Shown: positions 52,278 to 62,324 of the stretch, piece after piece
Layout of the letters: the number at the start of each line of letters is the position of its first letter
Position numbering within the stretch: position 1 is the stretch's first letter
Assembly (NCBI GenBank): GCA_963743305.1
Contig: CAVUPH010000007.1
Location: 64,001-128,000 of the forward strand
Direction of reading: 5' to 3'
Origin: an uncultured delta proteobacterium
GTDB lineage: Bacteria; Desulfobacterota; RBG-13-43-22
Length of the DNA stretch: 64,000 bases
The notes under the pieces: generated by a model
Told to the model about the DNA's origin: nothing
What the model saw: the letters and a program-made list of their open reading frames with translations, nothing else
The model's database searches: none
Made by a program: the position numbers and the translations under genes

Positions 52278-53339
52278 TCAATCCTTCATCTGCTCCTTGG
52301 CAGATTTGATGAATCGTCCGAAGGCTCTGTCCTTTTTCCGTTTATCCACGTAGGACATCTCGTGGTACTCGGACTCCTTCTTGAGCTTCAGGTAACTGGA
52401 ATAGCGTTCTTGACTCAACTCACCGCCGGCCACTGCCGCCAGCACAGCGCAGCCCGGTTCCTGGCCGTGGCTGCAGTTGACATAACGACAATTTTCAGAA
52501 AGCTCGACAACATCTTCAAAGCCTTGGTTGACCCCCTCAGTCGCACCGAGAAGGCCGAGTTCCCTCATGCCGGGGGTGTCAATTAACATGGAACCCTGGT
52601 TGAGGACGATGAGCTGTCGACGCGCAGTTGTGTGGGTGCCTTCTCCCGTTCCACTGACGATTTTTGTTTTAAAGGCGTCCTGCCCGATCAGGCGATTGAT
52701 AAGGGTTGTCTTGCCGACCCCCGAGGACCCGATCAGGCAATACGTTTTTCCCGGGATTAACACCTGTTGGAATTCATCCAATCCGACTCCGGTGATGTTG
52801 CTGAGGGCCAGGACCTTGGCGGTGATGCCGGTCAATCGAATAGCCGCCAGCTTCTGTTCCAGTTCATCCTCGGTGATCAAGTCCGTCTTGGTAAGAATAA
52901 CCATCGGGTCCACACCGCCGTCGGCGGCCATTACCAAATACCGATCCATCCTCCGCACATTGAAGTCAAAATGGCACGATTGAACAATAAAAGCGCTATC
53001 GATGTTGGCGGCAATCATCTGGAAATCCACCTTTTCACCGGCGGACTTGCGGCGCAGGAACGTCTTTCTCGGCAACACTCCATGGATAATGGCTGCCGTA
53101 GCATCACTGTGATATCGCACGGTCACCCAATCGCCGACACAGGGCAGATCCGCCGGGGATTCAACCTGGAAATAGAACTTCCCGGCGAGTTCCGCGGGGA
53201 TTTCCCCGACTTCATTTCTGATGAGGTATGAGCCACGATCAACTGCCGATAGGCGCGCAATGGCGAGACCCTCTTGAAGCCAGTCACTGACCTGCGCTTG
53301 AAACCATTGATCGAAACCTAGATCACGTAATTGCGTCAT
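52278..53339 (-). CDS. rsgA: Ribosome small subunit-dependent GTPase A
   Basis: VGDWV, TKTD, GSSGVGKT, HTT, DTPG, C-x4-C-x-H-x5-C. Confidence 0.93.
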   Translation of the reverse strand: MTQLRDLGFDQWFQAQVSDWLQEGLAIARLSAVDRGSYLIRNEVGEIPAELAGKFYFQVESPADLPCVGDWVTVRYHSDATAAIIHGVLPRKTFLRRKSAGEKVDFQMIAANIDSAFIVQSCHFDFNVRRMDRYLVMAADGGVDPMVILTKTDLITEDELEQKLAAIRLTGITAKVLALSNITGVGLDEFQQVLIPGKTYCLIGSSGVGKTTLINRLIGQDAFKTKIVSGTGEGTHTTARRQLIVLNQGSMLIDTPGMRELGLLGATEGVNQGFEDVVELSENCRYVNCSHGQEPGCAVLAAVAGGELSQERYSSYLKLKKESEYHEMSYVDKRKKDRAFGRFIKSAKEQMKD

Positions 53340-53444
53340 ATCTTGTCACCACCGTCCGGCCAACTTTTCCAGGTTTTTTGTAACTTGCGGATAAATTAAG
53401 ATATATAGCCTAAGTGGACAGCCTATCCTGAAACGACGTCTTGA

Positions 53445-55421
53445 TCAACCGGCAGGTATATCTTCCGCCATTGAATCCCGGTACTCCTGAACGGTCAGCA
53501 AACGCCATTTATCCGGTCCCTGCAATTCCAGCACCCGGTCATGAAACTCCACAATGCTGGTGCGATGGCCGACGCTGATATAGTTGATCCCCAGTTGCTG
53601 CAACCGGTGGTAAAGATTGGCTTCGTCAGCGACACCCAGAGCGCTGGTGGCCTCGTCCAGGACGGCGTACCCGGGCTGATTGATCAGCAGGCGGGCGAAG
53701 GCCAGCCGCTGTTGTTCCCCCAGGGAAAGAACGTCGGCCCAGTCCAGTACGACATCGAATCCGCCGACGCGCTCAGGCAGGGCCTCCAGCCGGACCATTT
53801 CGAGAATCTGCCTCAGCCCGGTTTCCGTGATCTCGTTTTTGATTTGGGGATAGATCAGTTGTTCCCGTAAGGATCCGAGGAGCATGTAAGGACGTTGGGG
53901 CAGAAAGAAGATTTCCGCCAGCGGCGGCCGCTTGACGATCCCCTGGCCCTGGTTCCACAACCCGGCGATGGCTCTGAGCAGCGAGCTTTTGCCTACGCCG
54001 CTTTGGCCGACGACCAGCAGATTTATTCTGGCTTCCGGGTCCAGGGTCAGGTCCTGAATCAAAGTCCGCTGCCGGTTGGGCGTCATCAGGGTCACCTGGC
54101 TCAAGGCAAAGTGGTCCGCCGGTTCGGAGGTGATCCCCACGGATGGCGCCCGGTCCGGGGCGATAGCCTCGGCAAAGACCGAAAGACGCTGCACCCCGGC
54201 GGCAAAATTGGTGATCGGTTCAATTTGGGCGACGATGAGTGACAGGGCCGCATAGACCTGGGTGAAGGCGAAATTGGCCTGGACCATGTCGCCGTATTCG
54301 ATCTTGCCGCTGAAATACAGAGGGAACAGGACCAGGAAGGGCAAGACCACCGGCAGATAGCTGTAAGCCGTGGTGAAGAAGGAGAGGTTTCGCTGCCAGC
54401 CGATGAGCAGACTGAAATTCTTGAGGACATTTCGGAAGCGACCGCTGATCTGGTCGATTTCCGGTTTCTCGCCCTGATAGAAGGCGATGGATTCCGTGTT
54501 GTCGCGCACATGGATCAGGGAGTAGCGGAAATCGGCCTCGTAGCGCAATTGATTGAAGTTCAGGGGCACCAGGCGCCGCCCGATCAGGGCCGTGAGTCCC
54601 GTACCCACGGCCGAGTATCCCAGTACGACAATTACCAACAGTCCGGATTTGGACCAAAGAATGCCTGAAAAGGAGAGCAGGTCCATCAGGGAGCCGAGCA
54701 GGATCAGTAAAAACGAGAGCGAGGTCCGGGTAAAGGAGCGAATGTCTTCCATGATCCGTTGATCGGGGTTGTCGATCAGTCCTTGGGCTTCGATCTCGTA
54801 ATAGTTGCGGTTCCGGAAATAGTTGGCCAGAAAGTCGCCGGTCAGCCACTCCCGCCAGCGCAGGCCCAAATAATTCTGGACGTAACTGTACAGGGCGACG
54901 ATGGGAATGCCCAGGAGAAAGCCGCCGAAATAGGTGAACACATACAGATAGGCCAGCTCCTGATTTTTTTTCACCAGGGCGTTGGTAAAGTAATTGCCGA
55001 TGTAGCTGAAAGCCACGTTGATGCCCGTCACGGACAGGGAGAGCAGCAGCACGACGGCCAGCAGGGTCCAGGCCCGGCGACGGGGGCGCAGAGGGCCGCC
55101 GAACAAGCCGAAGACGAGGGCCGGAATCACCAGGGCGGCAGCGGCCAACAGCCACGCCTTGGAGCTGAAAATGCCCGTCACCATGGGCACCAGGCCCGCT
55201 GCGATCCGGACGGTCAAGTCCGGTGCGAAATGGTTAACCGTCAGGATAATCCCGGCTACGATCATGAAAAGCAGGCCGAACAGAAAGACCAGCAGCATGA
55301 TCATCAACAACAGGGTTATCCAGGACCCGCCGCGGATACGGGGGAAAAAATAAGGCTGGGCAATGGTAACAAAGCTTGTCCAAAGCGTGCGTTTGTTTGG
55401 AAGGGTGTTATCGGGAGTCAT
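53445..55421 (-). CDS. ABC transporter permease/ATPase fusion (YddA/ABCD-like)
   Basis: DNPDQRI, EADFR, GQSGVGKS, LSLGEQQR, LDEATS. Confidence 0.92.
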   Translation of the reverse strand: MTPDNTLPNKRTLWTSFVTIAQPYFFPRIRGGSWITLLLMIMLLVFLFGLLFMIVAGIILTVNHFAPDLTVRIAAGLVPMVTGIFSSKAWLLAAAALVIPALVFGLFGGPLRPRRRAWTLLAVVLLLSLSVTGINVAFSYIGNYFTNALVKKNQELAYLYVFTYFGGFLLGIPIVALYSYVQNYLGLRWREWLTGDFLANYFRNRNYYEIEAQGLIDNPDQRIMEDIRSFTRTSLSFLLILLGSLMDLLSFSGILWSKSGLLVIVVLGYSAVGTGLTALIGRRLVPLNFNQLRYEADFRYSLIHVRDNTESIAFYQGEKPEIDQISGRFRNVLKNFSLLIGWQRNLSFFTTAYSYLPVVLPFLVLFPLYFSGKIEYGDMVQANFAFTQVYAALSLIVAQIEPITNFAAGVQRLSVFAEAIAPDRAPSVGITSEPADHFALSQVTLMTPNRQRTLIQDLTLDPEARINLLVVGQSGVGKSSLLRAIAGLWNQGQGIVKRPPLAEIFFLPQRPYMLLGSLREQLIYPQIKNEITETGLRQILEMVRLEALPERVGGFDVVLDWADVLSLGEQQRLAFARLLINQPGYAVLDEATSALGVADEANLYHRLQQLGINYISVGHRTSIVEFHDRVLELQGPDKWRLLTVQEYRDSMAEDIPAG

Positions 55422-55470
55422 GGTTGTAGATTCGAAAGATCTGGCCTCATTAATTTATTAAAAATCAACA

Positions 55471-55587
55471 TGATGTGTTCGTAAAAAGTCGCCAGCGCCG
55501 TCATTGCGAGGAGTGAAGCGACGAAGCAATCCCCCAGCGGCAACTATTGGTTCTCTTGGCCCGGCCCAATGCCGTTAATCAACTTAG
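55471..55587. repeat. Cluster of repeat remnants: MITE end, REP-like palindrome, IS4-like end
   Basis: TGATGTGTTCGTAAAAAGTC; GTCATTGCGAGGAG..GACGAAGCAATC; CAATGCCGTTAA. Confidence 0.55.
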
Positions 55588-55989
55588 AGGTTAATTTGAA
55601 AAGCGATCTCCTCCGGCAGACTCAGTTTTTTGATTATCTCCAGGCCCGGCCGCCACTGATAGCGGTTCAGATCAATCGTCCCGTCCGTCCTTGAAGGAAA
55701 GGCCTTCTTCCTCCAATAAAACCCGTTGCCGTTCCCCACTGCCGACTTTGTAGGTCGAAAGCCCGCCGTACTGATTGATCACCCGCTGCCAGGGTACACT
55801 CTGCCCATTAAAGTAGAGGATACGCCCCACCTGCCGCGCGGCCCGCGGTGTATCGGCCAGGGCCGCCACCTGTCCATAGGTCAGAACGGACCCGGGTGGA
55901 ATGGCCCGCACAATCTCCAGCACCCGTTGCTGGAAATATTTTCCAGATGCCCCTTTTGATTTTTTCCCAGGAAACGCCTGCCCGGTCAT
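55584..55989 (-). CDS. Alkyltransferase-like (ATL/MGMT-family) protein; frameshift near 55685
   Basis: IPPGSVLTYGQVA, ARQVG, VPWQRVIN (Trp in place of catalytic Cys); another frame continues IDLNRYQW. Confidence 0.8.
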
Positions 55990-56132
55990 TCTTAACCCGC
56001 TTAGCCCCTTTTTTTCTTTTTTCCCTTGAACCTCAAAAATTTTGTATTTTATACGCTCTCTACTCAAAAGAAAAGATCTTAAAGGAGGATAAAGCTTTTA
56101 TCATAAACCGGAACGCTGATAGGTTTTAAGGG

Positions 56133-57261
56133 CTACTGCCGGTTCAACTCGATCTGCAGGATAGCGCCGGAGATCTCTATCAAAGAACCCAGGCTGTCCT
56201 GAAGGTTGGCCGTCACGGCTAGCATAAAATCCCTTTGCGGCAGGTAAGCGAAATAGGCATTGAAGCCGGAGATCCCGCCCGTTTTCCCCGGCACAAGCTG
56301 ATCTCCATATTTCAGCATTTCCAGGCAGTAACCAAAGGTCATCCCCGTTCCGGGTTGCTCAAAGGGATGTCCGTTATTCAGACGGGCGGGAGCGAACATC
56401 GCTTCGAGGCTCGCTTTCTTCAGAAATTTACCCGGTTGCAAGGCCTTTTTCAGTTTGACGAGATCTGCGGGAGTGGATACTATGCCCCCGCTGGCGTAAG
56501 GGGCCAATAGGCTGGCGTATTTGGCATTCCGCAGGCTCCCGCTGGCCGTCTCGAACTCATAGCCCGCGACCCGATTTCGGACGACGTCGGCGTTGCGGCC
56601 CAGTCGGGTGTGAATCATGCCCAAGGGCTTGCAAAACACGTTCGGCGAGAAAGTCACCGTAGGCTACTCCGGACACCTTTTCGATCACCAGCCCCAAGAG
56701 CATACATCCCGAGTTGCTGTATTGAGCGCGCTGGCCCGGCTCGAAATCCAGCGGCAAGGACTCCAGCATCTTCACCACCTCCTGCGGACGCCAGTCCTTT
56801 TCCTGATTGGAGCCGAAGGGCTCAACGCTGAGGATCTCTTTGATCCCGGAGGTGTGCTGAAGTAGGTGGCGCAGCGTAATTTCCTCGCCTCCCCTGAAGC
56901 CGGGAAAGTACTTCGAGAGCTTGTCCTCGACCCGCAGCTTGCCTTCTTCTTGAAGCAAAAGAATGGACAAAGCGGTGAATGTTTTAGTCAACGAGCCAAT
57001 CTCGAAGACCGACTCCTTGGTCACCGGTATTTGGTACTCCAGATTCGCTGTCCCGTAGGACCTGTCAATCGTCCGGCCATCGGCCGAAGAGATGCTGATC
57101 GACAAGCCGGGGATCCGCGCTTTTTCCATAATCGGCTTCACGATGCCGTCCAGGGCTTCAGGGGTGAGGGGGCCTCGTTCAGAGGCAAAAGCCAGGGAGA
57201 CCATCAGCCCTATGAGGACTGCTCCCAAAATGATCCTAGCCGTTTTGTACCATCGTGCCAT
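56133..57261 (-). CDS. Serine hydrolase, beta-lactamase class C/AmpC-like; frameshift near 56630
   Basis: Signal peptide, SLTK (SxxK), YSN, KPLGM, KTG; GGAGG RBS. Confidence 0.85.
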
Positions 57262-57318
57262 CACGTCCTCCTTGTTTTCCTTAAGTTGGCGACAAAATCT
57301 CCACACCTCAGAACAACC

Positions 57319-57424
57319 CTAGAACGGCAATTTAGTCGGGATGCTGACCCGTGGAACGAAGCTTACGGGGGCGGAGGCCCATGCGAGCGAGGGACATCGG
57401 TGTCCAATGACCTGGCTGTTGCCG
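57319..57424 (-). repeat. Possible degenerate attC site
   Basis: Minus strand CGGCAAC...GGACACCGA...TCAGCATCC...GTTCTAG. Confidence 0.35.
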
Positions 57425-57431
57425 CAGGCGG

Positions 57432-57559
57432 TGCCAACACCTGGCTGTGTCGCGCCGGATTTGTACCCGAAACTTATTTAAAACTACTATTGTTTGCCAA
57501 ACCTCAAAAAACAGAAATTGCGCACGCGGGTAGGCTTCGATACCAGCCAATCGTTAGGT
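57432..57559 (-). repeat. attC-like site (long, 128 bp)
   Basis: Minus strand ACCTAAC-N5-GCTGGTATCG...TACCCG...CGGGTA...CGACACAGC-N5-GTTGGCA; the upstream stop codon lies in R''. Confidence 0.7.
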
Positions 57560-58079
57560 TTGCAGACTATTCTCAACATGCTCAAGAAACTCAGTTTTGA
57601 CTTTTCTCAGAAACTGATTCGCAACACCCTGCCTGTGAAATTTTCTTGCGCAATATTCGCGAAAATCCCAATCCTTCTTTTCAGAGTCTGACCATTTTTC
57701 CCGCAAAAAGCTAAAAAGAGATGCGATGTTCAGTCCTAGAACGTATTCAAACTCTTCCACGGAACAAATATGCAAATGGAACTCATCAGGGATTTCAACA
57801 CCTTTATCACGGGCAACCTCGATAGCAAGTGCCTTCAGGACGGAATTAGAAAAATACGTTCGGTCATAAGTAATTAAAAGCCTTTGGATCTCAGTTGCAT
57901 CAGACAATTGTGAAAGTTCATCGTAGGTACCTGCGATTAGATCCCTCTCAAACGAGAACAACTGCTTTATTGCTTCACTAAATGTGTTAAGAAGGCTCTT
58001 CCTGATGACATCAATTTCGCCTGAGGTTTTCGCCGGTAAATATAGGCCAGATTGTTTGACCTCAATGAGCACGGCTTTA

Positions 58080-59190
58080 TTAACTGTCTCATAATAGTAT
58101 TGACATAATTTCAATTAATTGCTACCATAGCATCCATGAAAAACAACATGGATGCTCGGAAGCTGGATCATAAAACGCTGACCGAATTGAGAACGCGAAG
58201 TATAGAAAGCGTTCAAGTCGGGAACAGTCCGGAAGCCGTCGCTATAGTAATGGGAATTAGTCGGGCGACGATCTACAACTGGATCTCTCTTTATCGTCAT
58301 GGCGGTTGGCAGGCCCTGGATGCCAAAAAGCGTGGGGGCAGAAAACCGAAGCTGGATGGTCCGGCTTTGAAATGGATCTATCAGACCGTCACCCTGAAAA
58401 ATCCGATGCAATTGAAGTTCACCTTTGCCCTGTGGACGGCGAAAATGATCGGGCAGGTGATCCACCAGCAATTTGGTATCAAACTCAGCAAAGCTTCGGT
58501 GTGCCGGTTGTTGAATCATTTAGGCTTGACCCCGCAGCGACCTGTTTGGAGGGCCTACCAGCAAAAACCGGAGGAAGTTCAGCGGTGGCTGAACGAGGAA
58601 TACCCCCGGATTAAGCAAATGGCCAAGCGGGAGAAGGCGATTATCTTCTTTGGGGACGAGGCGGGAATACGTTCCGACCATCATGCCGGCACGACCTGGG
58701 CTCAGAAAGGGAAAACCCCGATCGTCACCAGCACCGGTGCCCGTTTCGGTTTGAACATGATTTCGGCGGTTAGCGCTCAAGGGGAATTCCGCTTTATGGT
58801 GGTCAAGGGACGTGTGAAAGCGGCCCCGTTTATTGAGTTCATCAAGCGCTTGCTGCATGGAGTGCAGCAGCGTGTTTTCCTGATTGTGGATGGGCATCCC
58901 GTTCATAAAGCCAAAATGGTATCCCGTTTCATTGAAACGGTCAAGGATCGTTTCCAGATGTTTCTGCTACCGCCGTATTCTCCGGAATTAAATCCGGATG
59001 AACGGGTATGGAATGATTTGAAAAACAATTCGATCGGACAACAAGTGATAACCAATCCACAACAACTTCATCGCGCCGTGATCAGTCATTTGCGATTTAT
59101 TCAAAAATCTCCCCAGCGCATTCGGTCCTATTATCATTGTGAAACAACAAAATATGCCGCATAATGTCCATACTATTATGAGACGGTTAA
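58080..59190 (+). mobile_element. IS630-family insertion sequence
   Basis: 27-bp TIRs TTAACTGTCTCATAATAGTATTGACAT / ATGTCCATACTATTATGAGACGGTTAA (2 mismatches); TA duplication. Confidence 0.95.
58136..59164 (+). CDS. IS630 transposase
   Basis: HTH, FGDEAG, IVDGHPVH, LPPYSPELNPDE. Confidence 0.96.
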   Translation: MKNNMDARKLDHKTLTELRTRSIESVQVGNSPEAVAIVMGISRATIYNWISLYRHGGWQALDAKKRGGRKPKLDGPALKWIYQTVTLKNPMQLKFTFALWTAKMIGQVIHQQFGIKLSKASVCRLLNHLGLTPQRPVWRAYQQKPEEVQRWLNEEYPRIKQMAKREKAIIFFGDEAGIRSDHHAGTTWAQKGKTPIVTSTGARFGLNMISAVSAQGEFRFMVVKGRVKAAPFIEFIKRLLHGVQQRVFLIVDGHPVHKAKMVSRFIETVKDRFQMFLLPPYSPELNPDERVWNDLKNNSIGQQVITNPQQLHRAVISHLRFIQKSPQRIRSYYHCETTKYAA

Positions 59191-60279
59191 TATCTCCCTC
59201 GATGACAATCCAGTCTGGGGTTCTTTTTTCGGGCTTGCCGTACTTCCATTCAGGAAGTAATTTGAAATTCTTCTTTGATTCATTTATCAAGAGGCCAACG
59301 TAGGCTTGAAAGACGTGTCCAAAAGCGTCACGAAAATCATTATTTCTTTTTCCGTCTTCCTTGAAAAAATCAGACAAATCGAAGTATATCCCTCTGGTGA
59401 TGCGTTCTATCAACAAACGTCTGATGGGCACAAGATACGGTTTTGCTATTTGGGGGGTTGGATTGCGGTCTGGAACGATTACTGGATACTTGGTTAGGAA
59501 GTTAAACCGATTCTTTTCATATTCTGGACTTGGCAGTTTTTTTTGAAAACTCGAAGACTTTGTTCTGAAATCTTGGTAGCTAGATGAAATCCAGTTCAAA
59601 AAATTGCTCTGCTTTTGGAGTGTAAAGAATTGCTTGTCATTTTTGGGGATTTGACTTTCATTATATGGGCGAAAGAAACCCCTGCTTGAGGCTCCAAAAT
59701 AAGCAAAGCCTAGGACCAAAATCTCTTCAATCTTAAGGCCTGTGAGCTCAGCTAACGCCTTCTCAATGTCTACATACTTTGCCTCCGGTACTTGATGCCA
59801 TAGCTTACAGTAGAGAAGGAAAGTGCGAGGTACGATATTATTGATTTCCCTATGGTAATCAAACTGCGTTACGCCAAGTCTAACGAGGAAGGAGTCAAGA
59901 GACCCTTCTGAAACTAATGGTTCGGGAAGACCAAAATACATATCAGCAGCCTTTGCGAGATCGCTCATGGCCATGATTTTACTTCGATAGTCATTTGAAT
60001 TTTCTATCGCAATCATGGCCAAATATGCTAAAATACTATCAGAGATGGGGACGTTCTCGATTCTCCGAATAGGCTCAGGGTCATCGTCCACTAAGATCGT
60101 TGAAGAAATCTCTCCAATAAGTTTTAAAGCCTCATTGAGCTGGAATCTTTTCATGAACTTGGCAATGTCACCCGTTCCGTATTGATTTCCGCCACGTGTC
60201 TTATAGACAAAGAGATTTTTTCCAGCGATCTTACCTGAACTAAACATACTTCCCTGTAACCCTTTGATCATTTTAATCA

Positions 60280-60335
60280 AACTAACACGAAGTTCACCCG
60301 GGGGGTAAACGATCCGGTGGAACGACAGGCTGGAC
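60280..60335 (-). repeat. attC-like site (56 bp)
   Basis: Minus strand GTCCAGC-N5-GTTCCACCGG...GGTGAAC-N5-GTTAGTT; R'' reads AGC instead of AAC. Confidence 0.7.
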
Positions 60336-60403
60336 AATAACTTGTGTCTCAAGTCAAGGCCTGGCCTCACTACTCCTTTATGAATAAAGTCCGGCTCGAT
60401 TGA

Positions 60404-61066
60404 CTATTTAGTAACGCGGCACGATTTCACGAAGGCATGACCAAGCCGTGTAAACTCCACTTCTTGGTATGAATCCCATTCTGTGATTATTCCGATAACA
60501 ATACCACCGCCTGGATTTTGTGCTGTCCTGCATAGATTAAGGCGAATCAGATTACCCATTAGTACCTCATACTCCCATGTCGCTAGATGGTGGACATCAC
60601 GGATTTCTTCACCGTTCGAAAACCATCCAATTTGCTGATGAACACGGTCGGTCATCCATTCGAGAATTAGCGCCTCCTTGGAAGATATCTCGGACAAAAT
60701 TCTGGGGAAAGCCGGAGGAACTTTATTGGGATCAGTAGCGGCGCTAGCAAGCAATGCAGCCCATCTGTCCTTCATATCGCTCTCTTCCTCTAATGAACCG
60801 GCCTCAAGTAGAGGTGCCACAACCTTAGGGAGTACTCGGCCTGGCTCGATTCCCTTTGCTTCTAGGAATGCTTTTGCTTTCAATACAAGATTAACCTTAT
60901 TCTTGAATCGCCAATAAGCGACAGTGTCGCCGATGATGCCGCCCGTTTGTTCAAGCCCAGGGGTCAAGATCTTATCCAGATATTCCTTTGCCACATTGGC
61001 TGCTTCTTCAATTCCTTTCTCGATTGCTGTGTTCAACGGATCTTTCGAAGCAGGTAAGTTTGGCAT
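60404..61066 (-). CDS. DUF4393/Abi-alpha-like protein
   Basis: PLLEAGSLEE...WAALLASA...PAFPRILSEISSKEALIL...NLIRLNL...FTRLGHAFVKSC. Confidence 0.7.
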   Translation of the reverse strand: MPNLPASKDPLNTAIEKGIEEAANVAKEYLDKILTPGLEQTGGIIGDTVAYWRFKNKVNLVLKAKAFLEAKGIEPGRVLPKVVAPLLEAGSLEEESDMKDRWAALLASAATDPNKVPPAFPRILSEISSKEALILEWMTDRVHQQIGWFSNGEEIRDVHHLATWEYEVLMGNLIRLNLCRTAQNPGGGIVIGIITEWDSYQEVEFTRLGHAFVKSCRVTK

Positions 61067-61078
61067 AAAGTTATCCTT

Positions 61079-61509
61079 TCAATTCACAGTTAGGATTTGC
61101 CTCAAAGCGAACCCAGGAGCCAACAGAACCGCCTCAGATGCCTCGGTTGAATTCGCGTAGTCGACCTGTCGATGAATGGAGGGATTCTTAAAGGTCCCAA
61201 TCGCACCAGTAAAAAGTTCTATTAGACTCACCCGTTCCCCAGATCCAATTCGGGATTGAAAAGCGATCCAACCTCGCCAAACACTCTTCGCGTTAATCTA
61301 ACTCCGATTTGTGACTGGTCCTCACCGGACAGTTCGCAAACGCGTATCTCTACTTCGCGCATCGCCGCAAATGCAGCCAACTCATAATCGCCGATTAAAA
61401 ACTGGGACTTAGCCCGAGATAGCCGTGGATGCAGCGATAGATCGATTCGTTCTGTTGCCGTAATTGTCTTGTTACCCTCAGCTGACACTCGGTGGCCGAG
61501 GCGAGACAC
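61079..61509 (-). pseudogene. TIGR02391-like protein fragment, 5'-truncated and frameshifted
   Basis: LHPRL...GDYELAAFAAMREVEIRV, then in another frame LFTGAIGTFKNPSIH. Confidence 0.7.
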
Positions 61510-61518
61510 AAGAAAAAT

Positions 61519-61694
61519 GGGGTCGGACCCAATGCGGTCAACTTAACAGATTTAGTCTAAAAAACAAGTCGTTGCCGTCATTCCGGCGGAAGCCGGAATC
61601 CAGGTTTTTCAGGCTTTCTGGACCCCGGCTTTCGCCGGGGTGACGCTGTAGGCAGGGAAAATACCCTTAAGTTAACGGCATTGGGTCCGACCCC
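61519..61694. mobile_element. MITE with 28-bp TIRs (IS4-like core) enclosing REP-like palindromes
   Basis: GGGGTCGGACCCAATGCGGTCAACTTAA / TTAAGTTAACGGCATTGGGTCCGACCCC; inner GTCATTCCGGCGGAAGCCGGAATCCAG and CTGGACCCCGGCTTTCGCCGGGGTGAC. Confidence 0.8.
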
Positions 61695-61709
61695 GATTAC
61701 AACCACAAT

Positions 61710-62234
61710 TCATTTATGGAAGAGTTTTCTTAAGTCGATGCGAAAACCAAAGATACCCGGTTTTAGCTCTACAGCATCATTTAATCGTGAGCCGAAAGAT
61801 TGCCTCTCAATACCGTTGTTTTGATGTGCGAAGTCCCAACTGATTGTTTCGTTAGCGAGCTCGCGAATTGTCTGAGCTGCCTTCCTAACGGCTTGCTTAT
61901 TTTTTCCCTCAAATGGAACAAGGTAGCAGTTTTCAATTGTGCCGCTTAGTTTCGATATCGGCTCTTTGGAAATAAAGAGCCCAGGAAGTTTGCTGTGGAT
62001 GTATTCCCATAGCGGGCGGTTCTCTCGTACCTCAGATTCTATTCGGCCCGCATATCGCGGGTTTGGCATAAGCAAGGACACTTCGCCACCAAAAACTTCG
62101 CCCATTTTCTCTAACTCTTGCTGAACCATCTCAGTAAATTCTCTCTGCTCATCGATATAGTCAATGAAAAAATAGTAAACAAACAGCTTCGCATCAGGCT
62201 CAACTGTGCCTAGATAGGTTTGTGTAACCCACAT
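61710..62234 (-). CDS. Hypothetical cassette protein
   Basis: AAGGAGG RBS + ATG just after attC R'; ends LKPGIFGFRIDLRKLF. Confidence 0.75.
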   Translation of the reverse strand: MWVTQTYLGTVEPDAKLFVYYFFIDYIDEQREFTEMVQQELEKMGEVFGGEVSLLMPNPRYAGRIESEVRENRPLWEYIHSKLPGLFISKEPISKLSGTIENCYLVPFEGKNKQAVRKAAQTIRELANETISWDFAHQNNGIERQSFGSRLNDAVELKPGIFGFRIDLRKLFHK

Positions 62235-62256
62235 ATTGGCCTCCTTTATCTGCTCT

Positions 62257-62322
62257 GCCCAACAAACGGTTCGGCGGGAGTGGCCGCCTATTGCCACGTT
62301 CCGCTGAAGCCGGTGGTTAATG
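62257..62322 (-). repeat. attC site (66 bp)
   Basis: Minus strand CATTAAC-N5-GCTTCAGCGG..GTGGC..GCCAC..CCGCCGAAC-N5-GTTGGGC, 2 nt after a stop and just before an RBS. Confidence 0.8.
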
Positions 62323-62324
62323 AT

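Larger units (their letters stand above)
57554..60247 (-). pseudogene. PD-(D/E)XK nuclease-domain cassette gene interrupted by IS630
   Basis: Removing 58080-59190 plus one TA restores PDWIVIEGDKAVLIEVKQS in frame. Confidence 0.8.
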
